From contig CAWEYG010000005.1 of NCBI GenBank assembly GCA_963813155.1, forward strand, positions 1 to 64,000: a stretch of 64,000 nt of DNA, written 5' to 3'. The notes below the pieces were generated by a model. That model made no database searches, was not told the DNA's origin, and saw only the letters and a list, made by a program, of their open reading frames with translations. This document shows, piece after piece, positions 60,401 to 64,000 of this stretch (positions within the stretch are counted from its first letter, which is position 1; the number at the start of each line of letters is the position of its first letter). Both the position numbers and the translations under genes were made by a program. The DNA is from an uncultured Acidobacteriota bacterium. GTDB lineage: Bacteria; Acidobacteriota; Thermoanaerobaculia; UBA5066; DATFVB01.

Positions 60401-61278
60401 CACCCGCGCGTTTGCAGGCGGTCCGCCTCGGGAAGCGAGGCCGCGTCGAGTCCCTTCATCGCGTCGCCGAGATCCGCGGACGCCTCCACGAGGGCGTTCG
60501 CGTCGCGCCAGTGGGTCGTCGCCTGGACGATCGCGCGGGCGCGATTGGCGGGGTCGCTCGACTTGAAGATCCCCGAACCGACGAAGACCGACTCGGCGCC
60601 GAGCATCATGCAGAGCGCGGCGTCCGCGGGAGTCGCGATTCCGCCCGCCGCGAAATTCGGCACCGGGAGCTTCCCGGACTCCGCGACCTCGGTGACGAGC
60701 TCGAACGGGGCTCCCAGGCGCTTCGCTTCGGCCATCCGCTCGTCCCGGGACAGGAGCGTGAGCATCCGGATCTCGCGGAAGACCGACCGCAGGTGCTTGA
60801 CGGCGTGCACGATGTCGCCCGTGCCGGCCTCCCCTTTCGTCCGGATCATCGCCGCGCCTTCGCCGATCCGGCGCAGCGCCTCGCCGAGGTTGCGGCAGCC
60901 GCAGACGAACGGGACCTTGAAATCGTGCTTGTAGACGTGGTTTTCCTCGTCGGCGGGCGTCAGGACCTCCGATTCGTCGATGAAATCCACCTTCAACGCT
61001 TCGAGGATCCGGGCTTCGCCGAGGTGCCCGATCCGGCACTTCGCCATCACGGGAATCGAGACGGCTTTCTGGATCTCGCGAACCTTCGCCACCGGCGACA
61101 TTCGGGCGACTCCGCCTTCTTTTCGGATGTCGGCGGGAACACGCTCGAGCGCCATCACCGCGACGGCTCCCGCGTCTTCCGCGATCTTCGCCTGGTCGGC
61201 GTTGACCACGTCCATGATCACTCCCCCCTTGAGCATTTCGGCGAGACCCACCTTGAGCCGGAAATCGTTGGAATCCAT
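60397..61278 (-). CDS. pdxS: PLP synthase lyase subunit
   Basis: [70 protein letters not shown]. Confidence 0.97.
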   Translation of the reverse strand: MDSNDFRLKVGLAEMLKGGVIMDVVNADQAKIAEDAGAVAVMALERVPADIRKEGGVARMSPVAKVREIQKAVSIPVMAKCRIGHLGEARILEALKVDFIDESEVLTPADEENHVYKHDFKVPFVCGCRNLGEALRRIGEGAAMIRTKGEAGTGDIVHAVKHLRSVFREIRMLTLLSRDERMAEAKRLGAPFELVTEVAESGKLPVPNFAAGGIATPADAALCMMLGAESVFVGSGIFKSSDPANRARAIVQATTHWRDANALVEASADLGDAMKGLDAASLPEADRLQTRGW

Positions 61279-61314
61279 GGGTTCCTCCTTCATCGGTCTT
61301 TCCTTCTTCCGCAT

Positions 61315-62785
61315 TTACAGCGCGGGGATCGCGAGAGCGGACCCCGCTTCGCGTTGAACGGTTTCGATCGCTTTCGAGAGCCGGAGAATTCCCTCCGAGA
61401 TGGCGGACCGGTCGATGCGCGAGACCGACAGCCGGATCGCCGGCAGATCGCGGCCGAACGGGTCGAAGTCGGCGCCGGCGGCCACCCGGACGCCGGCGAG
61501 CGCCGCGACCCGCGCGGTCTCGCGGCCGCTCGAGCCGACGGGAAGCTCGAGCCACACGATCGGACTGCCGGGCTCGTCCCGAAAGGAAGCGCCCGGGAGA
61601 AGGCGGGAAATCGCCTCGACCGCGATCGCCCTCCGCGCCCGGATCTCGTCGGCGCGCTGGCGAAAGACGCCGGCGTCCAGGCCCTTCTCCAGAAATTCGG
61701 CCGTCGCCGCCTGGAGCGGCAGCGGCGTCTGAAGATCGGTCGTCTGTTTCGCGACCGAGAGAGCCCGCAGGACGGGACGGTCCGCGGCGATCCAACCGAG
61801 CCGGATGCCCGGAACGAGATCCTTCGAGAAGGAACCGAGACTCACGACGCGGGCGCGCTCGATCGCGCAGAGCGGCGGCTGGCCGGACGAGGGGCGCTCG
61901 TAGCCGTCCTCGACGACGAGGGCGCCGGATCCGAGCGCGGCGGCGAGGAATCGCCGGCGGCTTCCGGCGTCCATCGTCGAGCCGGTCGGATTGTGGCCCT
62001 CCGGCATCGTGTAGACCAGGCGGACACTTCCGCCCGAACAGCCGCGAGAAATCCCGGGCGCCGCGGTCCACCGGAATCTCGACGATCTCGGCGCCGAAGA
62101 ACCGGAGCAGGGGAAGGATCCCCGGATACGTCGGCGACTCCACGGCGACCGCGTCCCCCGGATCGACGAACGTCTTGAACAACAGGTCGAGCCCCTGCTG
62201 CGCTCCGGACGTCACGAGGATGTCCTCCTCGCCCCAGGGAGCGCCGGAGTCCGCGAGTCGCCGGGCGATTTCCCGTCGAAGGTCGCGCAGGCCCGAGGGA
62301 TTCGAATATCCCCAGAGCTCCTTGTGGCGGCGGCTGGTGGACGCGAGGATCTCGACGAATTCGCCGATCGGAAAGAAGCGCTCGTCCGGCGCGAGGCGCG
62401 AGAAGTCGGCAATGACCTCCCCCTCGGCGGGAGGCGCGGCCTCGGCGAGGTGGACGCGGGAGATCGCCGAGGAGAATCGGATCTCCGGGCTCCTTCCCCG
62501 GTCGGAGTCGCCGCCCTCGGCGGCTGCGCCCTCGCCGACCGTCACGCCGCTTCCGATCCGCGTCGTGAGCCGCCCTGCCGCCTCGAGACGGTGGATCGCC
62601 TTCAGGAGGACGCCGCGGTTGACGCCGGCGCGGGCCGCGAGCTCGCGCGTCGGCGGAAGCCGCTCCCCCGCCCTCAGAACGCCGCTCTCGATCAAGGTCC
62701 GCAGCCGCTCTTCGACGACATCGACGAGCGACCGCTCGTCAGCCGGAGACGAGATCTTGAAGGGGTCGCGAGCCGATTGGTTCAT
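61315..62785 (-). CDS. MocR/GabR-family (PdxR-like) PLP-dependent regulator, frameshift near 62028
   Basis: GntR HTH GERLPPTRELA; VTSGAQQGL, ESPTY; then HNPTG, VEDGY, GSFSKDLVPGIRLGW. Confidence 0.9.
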
Positions 62786-62832
62786 TATCGAACCAATTTG
62801 ACAGCCTCAGTTGGGGTCTGTCAAGAGCCAAT
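62776..62832 (-). promoter_or_regulatory. sigma70 promoter and MocR-type operator
   Basis: Minus strand TTGACA-17-TCAAAT (62824-62796); inverted repeat ATTGGTTC-N6-GAACCAAT (62776-62797) plus a third box GAGCCAAT (62825-62832). Confidence 0.7.
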
Positions 62833-62843
62833 CGAACCGGGGC

Positions 62844-63107
62844 CTAGGCCCCGTGTTTGCGGAGCTCGTCGTCGAGGTTTCGGGCGAAAACGAGGTCGAA
62901 ATCGCGGGAGACGCCCTTGCGCTTCTCGAGCGCGGAGCGGACCTTCTCCTCGATCGATTCCAGCTCCTTGGCGGACTCGGTGACCTCGCGCGTCAGCGCG
63001 CGGCGAAGCGTCTCGAGATCGGTCGCGGGAGAGAGTTTCGGGTCCGCCGTCAACTTCTGCTGGAGGATCCGGGACAGGTAGAGCGCGCGGTCGGGGGAGA
63101 TTCTCAT
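62844..63107 (-). CDS. DUF507-like small helical protein
   Basis: MRIS.DR...LS..I...L, E..IEEKVR..L pattern; ATGA overlap with the upstream gene. Confidence 0.65.
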   Translation of the reverse strand: MRISPDRALYLSRILQQKLTADPKLSPATDLETLRRALTREVTESAKELESIEEKVRSALEKRKGVSRDFDLVFARNLDDELRKHGA

Positions 63108-63757
63108 GAATGCTTGCGCGAGGCGGGCTCCCACTCCCGCGCGAGGCGGGCGAGCCCCATGTCGGTCAGGGGATGCTTGAAGAGCTGTTCGACGATCGGG
63201 AACGACACGGTCGCGACGTCGGCGCCCATGAGCGCGGCGTCGAGGACGTGAACCGGGTTGCGGATCGAATCCACGAGCACGAGCGTCTGAAACCCGTAGT
63301 TGTCGTAGATCCGGATGATCTGCTCGATCAAGTCCATGCCGATCGCGCCGATGTCGTCGAGGCTGCCGACGAAGGGAGAGACGTACGCGGCGCCCGACTT
63401 GCCGATGATCAGCGCCTGCGCGGCGGAGAAGCAGAGCGACACGTTCACGGCGATCTGGTCCTGGGCGAGCAGGCGCACGACCTTCAGGCCGTCGGCCGTC
63501 ATCGGAAGCTTCACGACGATGTCCTTGCCGAGCTTGTGGTATTCGCGCCCTTCCTTGTACATCCCCTTCGCGTCGGAGGAGACGACTTCGGCCAGGACCG
63601 GCCCGTCGCCCACGGCGGCGAGCTCGCGGACGACCTGGCGGTACTCGCGCCCCTCGGCGACCGCCTGCGAGGGGGGAACCGAAATCCCGTCGAGAAGCCC
63701 CCAGTCCTTGACCTTTCGGGCCTCCTCGACCTTCACCGTCTCGAGAAAGAAGCGCAT
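63104..63757 (-). CDS. Transaldolase/fructose-6-phosphate aldolase homologue with divergent active site
   Basis: GPVLAEV, VVKLP, NVSLCFS..QAL, YVSPFVG.LDD, SIRNP.HV, HPLTD.GL. Confidence 0.9.
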   Translation of the reverse strand: MRFFLETVKVEEARKVKDWGLLDGISVPPSQAVAEGREYRQVVRELAAVGDGPVLAEVVSSDAKGMYKEGREYHKLGKDIVVKLPMTADGLKVVRLLAQDQIAVNVSLCFSAAQALIIGKSGAAYVSPFVGSLDDIGAIGMDLIEQIIRIYDNYGFQTLVLVDSIRNPVHVLDAALMGADVATVSFPIVEQLFKHPLTDMGLARLAREWEPASRKHS

Positions 63758-63769
63758 GGCGGAATCCTA

Positions 63770-64000
63770 TCAGGCCTCGTCTTTGAGGAAGGGCGGCGTC
63801 TCCGGAGTTCCCGGCGGCAGCGTGCCCTGGACCGGCGGCTCCTCCTCGGGGTCCTCGCGCTCCGCGAGCTTCGCGACCGCGACGACCCGGTCGCCTTCGT
63901 CGAGGTCGATCAGGCGAACGCCCATGGCCGCGCGCCCGGTCTCGCGGATGTCCTTGACCTTGAGGCGAATCAGAATTCCCTTTTCGGTGATCAGGAGGAC
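63770..64000 (-). CDS. gyrA: DNA gyrase subunit A, C-terminal end (partial)
   Basis: LLITEKGILIR...IRETGRAAMGVRLIDLDEGDRVVAV pinwheel blade followed by an acidic tail. Confidence 0.9.
   Translation of the reverse strand, partial: VLLITEKGILIRLKVKDIRETGRAAMGVRLIDLDEGDRVVAVAKLAEREDPEEEPPVQGTLPPGTPETPPFLKDEA

Noticed and set aside
2624-62785. Frameshifts in kinase 2, ABC1 kinase, response regulator, NAT, pdxT and the MocR regulator as programmed recoding or true pseudogenes
   Set aside because: Isolated small indels with no shared slippery motif and no accompanying nonsense decay, also hitting conserved genes; most consistent with sequencing or assembly error. Raw reads would settle it.
1-64000. 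CRISPR array, integrase/transposase, rRNA, SAM/TPP riboswitch or T-box, selenoprotein
   Set aside because: No regularly spaced repeats or diagnostic motifs seen by eye, and no in-frame UGA at a conserved Cys position noticed. A covariance-model or HMM scan could still find weak cases.

Overview
High-GC bacterial chromosomal window. The gene content (tandem Ser/Thr kinase-PD40 proteins, a VPS10-type hydrolase, paralogous secreted Ig-like proteins) suggests Acidobacteriota, possibly Thermoanaerobaculia; this is inference only. Most of it is housekeeping: dinB, trpS, a cysteine synthase/cystathionine lyase pair, ubiX-ubiA-dNK-panBCD-thiG, comEA, selB, tsaD, lepA, topA-dprA, a MocR regulator with pdxS-pdxT, and the 3' end of gyrA. 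Six genes carry single-base frameshifts that look like sequencing errors. Main observations: (1) an accessory region around tRNA-Arg(UCG), with a 42-bp repeat of the tRNA promoter plus 5' end and a decayed full-length tRNA copy, suggesting insertions at the tRNA 5' end; (2) an operon of two lipoproteins, a metallopeptidase-beta-propeller-Omp85 protein with no recognisable POTRA domains, and a class II phosphodiesterase-like enzyme; (3) a pan-motif-like double hairpin before panB; (4) candidate operators for a CGNR zinc-finger regulator and a MocR regulator; (5) several sigma54-type promoters; (6) a transaldolase homologue with altered catalytic residues; (7) a possible DNA-repair pair next to an orphan antitoxin; (8) many apparently leaderless genes. 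No CRISPR array, rRNA, integrase or transposase was seen.
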